DNA from: a virus
Taxonomy: Duplodnaviria > Heunggongvirae > Uroviricota > Caudoviricetes
Length of the DNA stretch: 64,000 bases
IMG/VR virus record: IMGVR_UViG_3300000228_000007
Reading direction: 5' to 3' (one strand)
Part shown: piece by piece, positions 40,158-52,255 of the stretch
Layout of the letters: each line of letters opens with the position of its first letter
Numbering within the stretch: the stretch's first letter is position 1
Notes under the pieces: model-generated
What the model was told of the DNA's origin: nothing
What the model saw: only the letters and a program-made list of their open reading frames with translations
The model's database searches: none
Program-made: the position numbers and the translations under genes

Positions 40158-42471
40158 TTACTTATTTGTAAGATTATAATTATTAAGATCATCGATAATT
40201 TGATTTATGTATTGTTCAATATAAATCCAATCTGGAACTATATTATTTTCTAAGTCTTTTGTTACAGGTAAATATATTTCTAACTTATTCAATTCATTAT
40301 CATTTATACCTTTATCGTGATTAAACTCTTCTTTAAATTTTTTCATCATTGTAATAATGAATAATCAATGATTTTTATTAAATTTATTATAATTACTTTT
40401 TAATACAATGATTGATGATGTTTTATAAAATTCTTCTTCTTGATAAAAAGCTAATCAAGCAGCGCCATCCCCATTTTTAACTAACGTTAACCTGTTTCAC
40501 TTAAATGGTTGTTTAATACTTTTTATCTTTTTCATTGAAACGGCATTATTATATTTTGCCGCAATCACTAAATTAGTGTTTCATAATTCACTTGATTGAG
40601 ATGATTCAATACCTCAAATTTTATCAATACTAAACATATCCATAATTTTAAATTTATTCCAAAGTACATTAGATTCCTTGTTTGGATATACACAAATGTT
40701 ACTTTCACCTTCTAAAAATTTTAATACTTTATAAGAATTAGATATAATTTCTGAACCATCTTTTTTATAAACTATATTTGAAAGTGGATTTTTAAATAAA
40801 AAATATTCAATTACCGATGCCCTAAATAGTTTTTCATTGAATAAATATTCATTTAATGGTAAATGATATTTGATATCATCAGTAGGTTTAATCCACTGTA
40901 TAGAATCGTCTCCACTTTGTTTATATATAATATCAACCCATTTATTTTCCAATGATTGCCACTTATTATTTATATCTAACCTTCCTTTGTTTTTTACAGA
41001 TACTAAACCATCATCTTTAATCCAACACGTAAAAATATCACTATTATTTTGTGGAACGTGTGCTTTAAAAATAAAAATAGAAGTATTAACATTAGCCATT
41101 CATGAAAAAACATCAGGAAGTTTTATTATTTTTTGGAGTGAATGTTGATTAAATACTTTTTTAATCCAATTAATACCTATCCCGATTGATAATTTTGTAT
41201 CAGGTAAAATAAATGCACAAATAGCACCATTTTCTACATTATCTAATACATTTTTTACTATTTCTAAACATCCATAAGCATTTTCATATGGGGGATTCAT
41301 TAATACTTTTGTAATATTATTTAATTTAATCCAATTTCCAACACTTTCGGTTCTACTATCATCTTGAATTATATTAGTCTTTCAATCTTTATGAATAAGC
41401 ATATTTGCACAAGCTAATGCATATAATTCCTTCGAAAATTCAACACCAAATAATCTTTTTTCTTTAATTATTTCAACAGACTTATTATTGTTTGGTCATC
41501 CAACTTCATTAATCATATAAGACATTGCTTTTACTAAAAAAGCACCACTTCAACAACTAGCATCTAAGACATTATCCGTATAGTTAGTGCCTGTAATTCT
41601 ATAAATTAATGATGTTATATGATCTGGCGTAAATACTTGTCCTTGCTCAGATTTACCTTTATACCTTGTAAACTCATTAAAAAATATAGCCATTACATCT
41701 TCACCATTCCAGTAAGGACTATTTAAATTTTCAGATATATTATTAATACATTTTATAAAATCATTTATAGCATTTTGATTTTCAGTAGAATTACATTGAA
41801 TAATTTGGAACTGATCGGCAACCAAATCTAATTTAATATTTTGTTTTTTAACATCTTGGTAAGATTTTTTTATTGTTGATAAAATTGACGAGTGCAAAGT
41901 TGACCAATCCATATTTATTGACAAACAATTTTTATTATATCTTTGTGCTACTAATGCACAAGCTGTAAAAATCATTCTATGATATAAATTATTAATACCA
42001 AAATTTTTATGAAGATTATGGTTTATACTTTCTGTTAAAGAATATATTTGTTTTTTATTTATAATATTATTGTTATATAACGATATATAGTATTCTTTTG
42101 TAAATAATTGATTTTTTAAATTAACTAATATTTTATTTTTATAAACTATCACATCTATACCATTATACAAAATTCCAATTACTTTATCATATTTTGTAAG
42201 CGAAATATCTATATTTTTAAATAATTCTTGTTTGCAAGTATTTTTATTTATATCAATATCTGAATTTTTAGTTTCTAAAATTATAGCAACATCATCAAAA
42301 TTATTTGGTAAATACCACCCATCTGGTTTGTCAGCAATTCATTTAAACCCCAATTGATTAAATGTTGTTAATTGACCTACATCACATTGGCTATCTTTAT
42401 CTTGATAAAAATTTAATAAAATCCTTGCTTCATCGCGAACCTTGTCTTCTGTTTTTTTCATAATTATATAT
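40158..42471 (-). CDS. single-polypeptide RM-like enzyme: N-terminal PD-(D/E)xK-like motif, HsdM-like gamma-class N6-adenine methyltransferase, C-terminal HsdS-like TRD (Type IIG / Type I M-S fusion-like)
   Basis: One continuous minus-strand ORF of ~770 aa that joins track ORFs 41550-42170, 41100-41300, 40614-41099 and 40158-40349 through TGA codons. MTase core: GQVFTPDHITSLI (motif X), VLDASCGSGAFL (motif I, the G after C is TGA), NPPYEN (motif IV). C-terminal end ...LPVTKDLENNIVPDWIYIEQYINQIIDDL resembles an HsdS conserved helix. N-terminus has DKPDGWY ... ILETKN (candidate PD...ExK). Confidence 0.7.
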
Positions 42472-42506
42472 ATATAATAATATATATTATTATCATATAT
42501 TTTTAG

Positions 42507-42542
42507 AAAAAATCAATTTTTTTTAAAAAAAATTGATTTTTT
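42507..42542. promoter_or_regulatory. 36-bp perfect palindrome aaaaaatcaatttttttt|aaaaaaaattgatttttt in a divergent intergenic region
   Basis: Read directly. It sits between the minus-strand RM-like gene start (42471) and the plus-strand gene start (42596), next to an (AT)n tract. Confidence 0.45.
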
Positions 42543-42595
42543 CTATATTTAGAATATTATTCTCTTAATTTTTATTAAATAAATCAAATTAACAT

Positions 42596-43336
42596 ATGGC
42601 TAATATCGGGAGAATACATTTTCAGTTAAAAGAAAGTAGTGATGAGTCTCTTACAAAGGAAAAATTAAAACTAATAAATGAAATTATAACTAAAAATTCA
42701 AAAAAAGTAGGGTCCAGTACATCTTGAGTGATATATATTACATCTCATTTTTTAGAGGAAAGTGAAATTATGCTAACTAAAGAACAAGAAGAGTCTGACA
42801 AATACACATGGGCATGGATTGATACAAATGAACTATCAGAAGATTGATTAACTTTAGATATTGAATGTTCTACAAAATGGACTATACCATTTTTTGTTCC
42901 AGGACTTATTTCCGAAAAATTTGGGATTAAAATAAAATGTGGTTATTATATGGAGTTTGATTGATACTGAGATGTTGTGTTTAAAAATGGTAAAGCTATT
43001 TCTGAGCATTATTATTCTATGAAATATGAGTATGAAAAAAGTTTAGTAAAGAATTTTTATCCAATAATAAAAAATTGAAACGTTCTTTTTAAGAAAAGAA
43101 AGAAAAGATTAATGAAAAAGATATTAAAATCAATATATGATAAAAATAATATAGAATCATATATAACACCAAAATTAATTTCTGATTATTGATATTCTGA
43201 AATACAAGTGTCAAAAATGTCGTTTTCAAAAAGAGAAAAGTTATTCAATTCGTTACAAAAACTAAAAAATAGTGATAAAAACAATAAAAGAATAAATAAT
43301 ATAGATGAAATTACCATTGAAGATATCCCATCTTAA
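42596..43336 (+). CDS. hypothetical protein (~246 aa)
   Basis: ATG 42596 to TAA 43334-43336. No recognised motif. Confidence 0.45.
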
Positions 43337-43351
43337 AATTTAAGAATACCT

Positions 43352-43882
43352 ATGACTAAAATAATTAACTTAATTTCTTGACCATGAGTTTGAAAATCAG
43401 TTATTGCTGCTGAAATATTTGTTCAAATGAAAATTTTATGATATAATGTTGAATATGTTCAAGAGTATGCAAAAAGCTTAATATGGACTAAAGATTTTGA
43501 AACTTTAAATAATCAGTATTTTGTATCTCATCAACAATATAAACTATTTAAGTCAATGATTGGGAAAGTTGATTATATTATAACCGATGGCTCTCTTGTT
43601 CATGGTTTGTATTATAATCAAATAAATACCGATAATACATCAAATATTGAAAAAACTGATAAAAAAATTAAAGAATATATTTCGGAATTTAAAAATATAA
43701 ATATATTTTTAGATAGAAATCCTGAAATAAAATATGAAGTGGCGTGAAGGCTCCAAAATTTTGAAGAAGCAAAAAGCGCAGATATTGAAATTAAAAATAT
43801 TCTTAAAAGTAATAATTATCCTTTTTTTGATATTATATCATCATTAAAAAACGTAGATAAAATATTAAAAGATATACTGTAA
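43352..43882 (+). CDS. P-loop NTPase (nucleoside/nucleotide-kinase-like or AAA_28-like)
   Basis: N-terminal Walker A LISGPGVGKSVIA and a later hydrophobic-D block DYIITDGSLVH. Track ORF 43556-43747 lies in the same frame. Confidence 0.5.
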
Positions 43883-44068
43883 TTTTGATTAAAAACAAAA
43901 TTATAATTACACATATTTATGTAATATTTAACTATAAGAGTCTGATATAAACATTGACCATTATGTTGAGATGGAACAATGTATGACTTCAAAATTAATG
44001 AAAATAATGAATTAATCTTTGACAAAATATCTGGTAACTGGATGTCTTAATACTTATTTATAAATTGT

Positions 44069-44839
44069 ATGGAAAAAATGCTTATTTGAAGTTGTCTACT
44101 TAAAGAACTATTCCCAGAAGAAAATATTAATATTCATGATATTGATTATGCTATAAGCGAATGAAATTTTTTCGTTGAAAAAGATACTATTACAGGTAAA
44201 AAAATAGAATACCATCCAATACCATGTTTATTTAAGGAAGAATATTCAAATTGTAATAAATTAGATGTTTTATATACATTAAAACTATCACATTCAATAA
44301 GAGATATTAAGTATGATAAAACAATATTAGATATTGACTTTATGATATGAAAGGGAGCTAAAAAAATACCAAATTTATTAAAAGATCTTTTAGATTATTG
44401 GGATGTTATACATTGAAAAAGAAAAACTGCATATTTTATGAAGGAGAATGAAAACTTTTTTGAAGATAAAGTAAAAAGATTAATGCCACATGATGATTTA
44501 CATTATTTAATGAAACTTAATGATGTTGAAATGTATAAAATAGCAAAGAAAAATGATAGTTTAGCTATCATAAATATGGAAATGTTTTTTAATTTAACAA
44601 AAGAACAACAACTTGATATGATTAAAGAGGAGGTTGGTGTTATAGCATTAGAAAGGTATATGTTTTCTTGAATTACAAAAAATATAGAAAGTGCCATTCC
44701 AAAAGCAATGAAAGATCTTATAATAAGAATGTTTTGACCTATAACAGCAATGTTTGTTGTAGAAAACTATCGTGAAATCAGAAAATCAAAAAAAATGAGA
44801 GAAAAAATGAAAGAAATATTTGAAAAATATGCTAATTAA
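44069..44839 (+). CDS. minimal nucleotidyltransferase-fold protein (Pol-beta-like) with C-terminal helical domain
   Basis: LIGSCLLKELFPEENINIHDIDYAI fits the hG[GS]x9-13Dh[DE]h NTase signature. Track ORF 44438-44671 lies in the same frame. Confidence 0.45.
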
Positions 44840-44884
44840 CATTATATAGTATTTACTTTATTATTATAATTAACTAAAATTATT

Positions 44885-45556
44885 ATGGATTATTTAAAAA
44901 TTGTAGAAGCCGTTATTAAAAAACTTAATGACTTTGAAGAAGCTACTTATTGAGAAAATTTACCTTCTGAAAATTATTCAGATATAGAAGGCTTAAAAAA
45001 TGTAGAAAGTCTTGGTGATTATACTGCTCATGGTGGAGGTTTGCACGATGGGGATGATTATGAGGTGGTATTTAAGATAGTTACTACTGACTGAAAAGAA
45101 TTTTTCGTAGCAAAAAATATGACATATTCTTCATGGGATACAGGTTACTCAAATATTGACTTTAGAGCAGTTTCTGAAAAGAAAGACACAAAAACTTTCT
45201 TCGTAGAAGAAGAAAGACCAAATAAAAGAACTGAATCCCAGTTAGCAACTATTTCAGGAGTTATAGCCATACTTAATGCTAATAGTAAATCTGATTATGA
45301 CTTTGACATTGAAAAAGTAAAATCAATAACTGGTGTAAATAGTTTTGAATATAAGTGCGATTATGCTGATGATGGTTGAGAAGTTGGTGATGGCTCTTCA
45401 TACGAAGTTGTATATTCATTAAACCTTTCGGATATTGAAAACGAAATTTTCATTGGGAAAAATATGACATACTCCTCTTGGGATTCTGCATATTCAAATA
45501 CTGAATTTAGAGAATTAGTTAAAAAAGAAGAAACTTATACTTATTACGCAATATAA
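44885..45556 (+). CDS. hypothetical protein with internal domain duplication (KNMTYSSWD(T/S)(G/A)YSN..FR occurs twice)
   Basis: Two ~100-aa halves, each ending in the near-identical peptide, read directly from the translation. Confidence 0.45.
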
Positions 45557-45566
45557 GTATATAAAT

Positions 45567-45600
45567 AATAAAAAGAGTAGATTTATTAAAATCTACTCTT
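45567..45600. terminator. hairpin agagtagat/atctactct with A/T runs, convergent terminator
   Basis: aaaagagtagatttattaaaatctactcttttt. Confidence 0.55.
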
Positions 45601-45700
45601 TTTATATGGTTATTTCATACCAATCAACCAATTTTCTAATGTCATTTTAGAAAACCCTATGAATCAACTACTTCAAGAGACCAGTATTTTCATAGAATTT

Positions 45701-46778
45701 TTATTTTTAATTAATAATTTGTAATTACTAGATGTTCTACATCTTTATTCTTTTCATTTCTCCTACGCACTTCATATGCATATTTTTTATCAAAGAATTT
45801 TATATTAATTCATTCTTTATTGTATAATTCAAATATAAAATCTGTATTTTTTATTACAACCATCCATTTACAATTTATTTTTATAAGACAATCTCTTAAT
45901 CTTACCTGATCGTTTTTATTAAATTCATTGTTATCATATTTTGAAAATTCCGTATCATAAGGAGGATCTAAAAATATAAAGTCATTTTCAGTAAATGATT
46001 TATCATATTTTGAAATAAAATCATAAAAATCAAGATTGTTTATATTAGTATTATTGAATAATTCAATAGTATCCTTTTTTGTTATTTCATTTATTTTTGA
46101 AAGTATATTCTTTCAATTATAAGAAGTTCAACCATAAGGTATATTAAATTCTCCTTTTGAATTATATCTAAACATTGATGCATAACAAAACTCTCTAACG
46201 AAAAACCAATATGCTGAATATTCAATATTAGAAATTCATTTTTTATATACTTTATTGATAATACCTCTAAAATACATATAAATACCTCATTTTACAGCAG
46301 TTTCTATATGATCGTCTAATTCTTTATTATTAAATACTTTTCATTCCTTCACAAATATAGCCAAAAGCCTCTTTTTTTTCGATTTAACAGATTTTATAAT
46401 CTCTTTGTACAGTTCGTCAGTAAAAACATTTGAAGTATTACTAAGCTCAATATTTTGACTTGTATTATCATATGAAAAAAAATCTAATAACTCTTTTTTA
46501 TTACTAATAATAAAATCATTACTTGCATCCCATTCTTTATTTACAATATTTAGGTAATTGATAAACTTAACATCTTTTACAGATGTGTAAAAGTTAATAA
46601 GATCAACACTTCTGTCATTTATATAATATGATTTTCATAATTGTTTATTTTGTAATTGAAAAAATACTCAACCACCTCAAAAAAATGGTTCAAAATATCT
46701 ATCAAACTTTGGTAAAAACGCTTCAAAAAATTTGAATTCATCAAATTTTCATCAAGTCCATTTAAGTAGTGGTCTCAT
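45701..46778 (-). CDS. Dam/D12-family N6-adenine DNA methyltransferase (third copy, intact)
   Basis: MRPLLKWTGGKFDEF (FLKWAGGK-like), EPFFGGGGVFF (motif I), FNIPYGG, FLDPPYD (motif IV). Confidence 0.75.
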
Positions 46779-46898
46779 TGTATTTTTAATTAGTAATTAT
46801 TATTAATTTAATAGTATAAAGCATTATAGGGGTTTTTCAAGTTTTTTTTATTAATTATGAGTATATATAACTTCTTTATAAAAATCAAAAAATAACTT

Positions 46899-46935
46899 GC
46901 AAAATGTTTACAAATCACTTATATTAAACCTTAAT
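46899..46935 (+). promoter_or_regulatory. promoter candidate TTGCAA-17nt-TATATT
   Basis: ttgcaaaatgtttacaaatcacttatatt. Confidence 0.25.
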
Positions 46936-47087
46936 ATAATGTAAAAAATAAAAAATGAATAATTTACCTACTGAATTAAAAGAAATGCTTAATTACTATA
47001 CTTCAAAACTTCAAAGTTAATTTGTAAATCAATAAATATACAGTTTATATAAATATTATTTTTGAAATAAAATAGCATGAATAGTTA

Positions 47088-47342
47088 TGTTAATAGATAT
47101 GCTTGATAAAAGCGAACTTTTTAAGAAAGATTCTTTGTTTTTTGCATACGAAGTTGGCTGAATTAACTGAATAGCAACTGAAGTAAAAAGACTTATAGAC
47201 ATGTTTTTAATAAGACAATCAAATGCAAAACTTCAAGAATTTGCAAAAACAGAGTGGCATACAAATAGTAATTCTGATTTTTTAGAGGGTAATTATTTGA
47301 TTAAAAAATATTTCTTAGTATATAGTAATATACTAATTTAAT
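47088..47342 (+). CDS. small hypothetical protein (~84 aa)
   Basis: ATG to TAA with in-frame TGA codons. Confidence 0.3.
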
Positions 47343-47355
47343 TTTAATAAAAAAT

Positions 47356-47604
47356 ATGGAAAATAAAGAAAGCATTGCTTATGTTATAATTGATAGTGAA
47401 TGAATATTCTGAATATATACTTCACAAATAGGTGTGTTAAGATGACAAAGAGATTTTTTATCTATGTATGGAGATAAAGAAAAAATACTTTTACAATGAG
47501 ATTACACATACATTCAATGATTAAATAAAAATGACTCACAACTTATAAATAATTATGATGAGGTAAAACTTTCAGAAGTTACAGAACCAAGTTTGATTTA
47601 TTAA
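47356..47604 (+). CDS. small hypothetical protein (~82 aa)
   Basis: ATG 47356 to TAA. Confidence 0.3.
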
Positions 47605-47669
47605 AAAATATTTGCTTTTTCTATTTTTTTTAGATATAATATATTTATATATCATATAAATATAAAAAT

Positions 47670-48098
47670 ATGTCTCTATTAGATATTTTTTGAAAATTAT
47701 TTTGAAATGATTACAGTAATTTGAATTATAATTACTACATGGAAATTCTCCCTGATTTAACGGAGGATGAAATAAAGAAACTTACAAACTGAATTGTTAT
47801 TAAAAAACAATTAAGGGTTGATTGAAAAAGTGTATATTATAGAATTGCCTTGCCTAGGACCCAACAAAATAATTGAAACATATCAACATTTATAACTATA
47901 ACTTGTGGTGATAAAAGAATGTCTTACCATTGAATTTTTCATCAAAATAATGGAGATACAAAAAATTATTGAGTTCGGAAATATGAGTATTTAGGTAAAA
48001 ATGATTTGTGATATGATGATTTTAAGTCTTGTTGAGAAGAATGTTTTAAAGGCCATTGATGATTATATGGTGGTAATATAAAAGCAAGCCATAAATAA
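47670..48098 (+). CDS. small hypothetical protein (~142 aa), Gly/Tyr-rich
   Basis: ATG 47670 to TAA 48096-48098, verified by codon walk. Confidence 0.35.
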
Positions 48099-48100
48099 TA

Positions 48101-48367
48101 TTGTATTTATTAAAAATAATATATATGAGAAATACACTTGTAATTACGAATGAAATTGAATTATTGGAAAATATAAAATCTATTAATTCAACAAATTCTT
48201 ACTATATAGAAACAAGAATTAAAAAATTTATAGAAATTTATAATAAACCATTATCATTTGATATAGTAATGTCTATTTATGATTATTTAGATTATAAAAT
48301 GGATGAATTAAACGCAACGTTAAAATGTAAATCTTTACATAATAATCTTACTCAATATTTAGATTAA
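48101..48367 (+). CDS. small hypothetical protein (track ORF)
   Basis: Standard-code ORF with no TGA needed. Confidence 0.35.
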   Translation: MYLLKIIYMRNTLVITNEIELLENIKSINSTNSYYIETRIKKFIEIYNKPLSFDIVMSIYDYLDYKMDELNATLKCKSLHNNLTQYLD

Positions 48368-48703
48368 CCAATATACATATATAAAAATTTTAGAAAACAT
48401 AGACAAAAAACCTAAATAATAAGATTAAATTGACTTAATTTCAGGGATTAGAAAATGTTGATGATGACTATCAATATTCAGAATTTCATTGTTATTTTTG
48501 CTGAAATAGTGAAGATAAAAGGTTTATAAAAAGAGTTTGGTTATGAGACCACAATGAAATATCCTTGTATCTGCGAACATTGTTTGGATAAATTTACAAA
48601 AGTATTAAAATTAGTATAGAATTATTCTTTTAAATCTTTTTTTTTGATAAAATCAAATATATCATTATAATAATGTTATTAATAATATTTAATACATAAG
48701 TAT

Positions 48704-49456
48704 ATGAAAACTAAATTTGGAGATAGAATGAAACGATATGAAAGTGAGCTTAATTATACTGTTGATACAACTAAATATACAGTTTTAAGACTCGACTGAC
48801 ATTGATTTTCAAAATTTACTAAAAAATTTGAAAAACCATTTGATATGAGAATTTATAATATCATGAACAAAGTAGTAGAAGATTTATTTTATGAATTTAA
48901 TCCGATAACATGATTTACTCAATCTGATGAAATAACGCTAATATTCAAACCTTCAGAAAATTTTATATATAATGGTAGAATAAATAAGTTGCTTTCTTTA
49001 ACATCGGCTTTTGCAACTGCTCGTTTCAATTTTTATTTATCTCAAGAATTAATAGGTTCTAATGATGAAATTCTTATTAATAAAATTTGATTAGCATTTT
49101 TTGATTGTAGAATTATGTCTATGCCTAATGAAACAGAAGCATTTAATATGTTGTTATGGAGAATGAAAGATTGTGCTACAAATAGTAGAAATACTTATTC
49201 ACAAGAATATATATCTTATAAAGAACTACAAGGTGTTGCAAGTTATGATGCTATAAAAATATGCAATGAAAAAACTTGAAACGATTGGAATAATTTAATA
49301 GAAGGTCTTAAATATTGAACATTATTTAAAAAAGCAGACTTTATAAATAATGAAGGCTTTTTAAGAACAATCGTTAAGCAGTTTCATATTGATATGTCTT
49401 TTAGTGAAGAAATGGTAAATTTTATGCTTTTAGACAAGATACCCTTAAATAATTAA
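48704..49456 (+). CDS. Thg1-like protein (tRNA-His guanylyltransferase family; 3'-5' nucleotidyltransferase)
   Basis: YTVLRLDGHGFSKFTKKFEKPFDMRIYNIMNKVVEDLFYEFNPITGFTQSDEITLIF matches the Thg1 N-terminal signature (RxDG..FhkF....KPnD ... SDE), with G of RLDG and HG as TGA. Start and stop verified. Confidence 0.7.
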
Positions 49457-49494
49457 TATAACATTTATTTTTACTTTTTAACAAAATTTGTTTA

Positions 49495-49829
49495 TGAAAA
49501 AAATATCTACAAATACAATCGTAAGATTGGCACAAAAACTATATAAAAAATGAAATGACTTTGAACAAAAGTATTGATATATCCCAGATTCTATGTCAGA
49601 GACTTTATATTGAGTTAAGTGAGATATGATATTTAGAACATGGGAAGATACATTAAAAATTTATGAAACAGATTCTGTGTGAAATGATTCTCATATATTT
49701 GATATTGTATTTTCAGCAACACAACCAAATTTATATATTTATGAATTTGAAGAAGATTATGTTCAAAGAAATATATTGTTATATGATATAAATATTAATA
49801 AACTTATAGAAGAATTACAAACAATTTAA
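49495..49829 (+). CDS. small hypothetical protein
   Basis: ATG to TAA with TGA sense. Coordinates approximate. Confidence 0.3.
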
Positions 49830-50515
49830 ATTTTAATTAATTATATGACAACAACTGAACATTTTGAATTACAAAACTTTGGTGGCGTTGATAATACCTA
49901 ATTTTAATTTTTAATTATAAACTTATGAATATAGATTTTGATAGCGTAAATATAACTATTAATGATTTGAAAACAGTAATAGTAGCATTAGAAAATGGAT
50001 GATATAATCCCAATCAACCAATTGATGATTATGAAATAGAATACCAATTAAGTGAAATCATTAATAAAAAAGAACAATTATAATTAATTGTTCTTTTTTG
50101 ATAAGAAATCATATTCTTTTTTTAACATTGAAAATATTTTTAATCCATATTCACTTGTATTGCTTTCATACTTTTCAAACTTTTCAAATTCTTTCAAAAT
50201 TACTTACGGCATTCTCCATATATAAATTTTTAGTAAAATTGATGCTTTTAATAACGATTATTCATTCAAAGAACTAAAAAACTCTTGCATATTAAATATT
50301 AAAATTCTTGTTTACTTTTTAATAATAATTAACTCTCAATAGATGAAATTAAATACTTTTTTAATAGTTTTGAAAATTAATAACAAATCCAAGATCTTTT
50401 ATATAGCTTAAATTATACCATCTTCATTTTACTGGTTGAGAATACGTTCAACCAAAAATACTAATACTAGATCTAATTTTTATATTATAAAAATTACTTT
50501 CTATTATTAATAGTA

Positions 50516-50870
50516 TTAATCTTTTAATGATTTAATTTCTTTATTTTTTTCTAATATTTTTTCACACAGCTCATCAAATTTTGTTTTATTATCACTTGCA
50601 GCTATGAATTCATTATTTAAAATACTTGAGAAAACATATTTATCAGCAAGCTTAAGCAGATATTCAAAATTTTGTTTTATTAAGTGTTTATCTTTATTAA
50701 TCTCAGCAGTTCATTGCATAAAAACGTCTATAAGATTATCTATTCGACTCTCTGTTTCAACAAGTCTATAATCAACCATTTCTTGTTCGAATATTTCTGA
50801 ATAAATAGGTATTCCATCAATAATAGTTTGATAATAAGAAGTAATGTAAGCTGTATGTGTTGTTGCCATA
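50516..50870 (-). CDS. small hypothetical protein (~117 aa)
   Basis: ATG at 50870 (atggcaacaacacat...) to TAA 50516-50518. Confidence 0.4.
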
Positions 50871-51104
50871 TTATTTTATAATTATTAAATAGTAGAAGTA
50901 GATTAACAAATCTATTTTATAGAATAAATATATAAAAAATCAAAAAATATATATAAATTTTGTTTTTTTTATATATTTATTGTATTAAATTATTTAATAC
51001 TTAAAAGTATGAATAAAACTACGTTGTATATTACTCTGAATTTAAGCTATTATTAGTGGATTAACTCCACACTTTACTTTAATTTTAATTGACTAATAAT
51101 ATTT

Positions 51105-51414
51105 TATGAGCAACAATAATAATTATGAAACGTATTATACCATTTTGGTTAATAATAAAATAATACAAAGAATAAAAAGTAATACACTAGGATTATGATT
51201 TATGTCTGATGATAATTTTGTAATTTTGTTTTTAGATAATGATGGAGAAAAACAATTTATGTATATAGATAATTATAGTGCGAATATTGTTTGATATATT
51301 CCAGAACTAGATCTAACTTTATTTTGAGAGCATTTGGAATGAACATCTTATTTAAGGTGAAATCCATTTAATATTCAAATAAATGAAGATTTCAAATTTG
51401 CATATAATATATAA
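51105..51414 (+). CDS. small hypothetical protein
   Basis: ATG 51105 to TAA. Confidence 0.3.
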
Positions 51415-52095
51415 ATTATTATATAGGTTTTACTTAATATCAGCTATGGATGTTATCTATAATTGGATTTTCTAAAGGTGTTGGATAATGTGTTGAAATT
51501 TGTTCAATTTAAGTTTTAAATGATTTTTATAGCTATAAAACCTACAAGTGCATTAAATTCATTTTTGGAATATAAAATTACAAAAGTATTACATAAATTA
51601 ATGAACTTATAAAAAAATGCTTGATTTATAGTCATGAGTAATAAACTAATAATTTAATAATAAATACAATAATTATGCCAGACTTAACGATAGCTAAATT
51701 TGATGATAAAAATTATGGATGTATAGTTTGATACGTAGGAACTGATGAACTTTGTCCAGAAATAAAATCTAATACTATTACTGTTCATGTAGAAGAAGTT
51801 GTTATAAAAACATTACATTGAAGTAGAGATAAAATAAATAATATTTTGAAACTAATATTTGAAGAATATAGATAGTTTTTATCTTAATTTATAATAAAAA
51901 TGTCAAACAATATAAAATTTGTACATGTTGTAAAATAAACTCAAGATTCTGAGTGTTATTATTATGAAAACCTAATAAGTGTTTTCAAAAATAAAGAAGA
52001 CGCTGAAAAAGAAGTAGAAAAATTAAGTGAAGAATTTTCAGAACCAACACACCTCTACGAATATAAATCTTTTAATTTATAATAACTATAAAACA

Positions 52096-52247
52096 ATGCT
52101 TGAAAATACTGAAAATATATGAAATTGAACTTATTGTTCAAAATGTAAAAAAGAAATGGATATTATAGTCGAAAAGAAAATTATTAACTACACTATTCAA
52201 AAATATGGGACAGTTATATGCTACTCTTGCCAACAATATTTATAATA
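52096..52247 (+). CDS. small zinc-ribbon-like protein (CSKC...CYSC)
   Basis: 50-codon ORF with two CxxC pairs. Confidence 0.3.
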
Positions 52248-52255
52248 AATAATAT

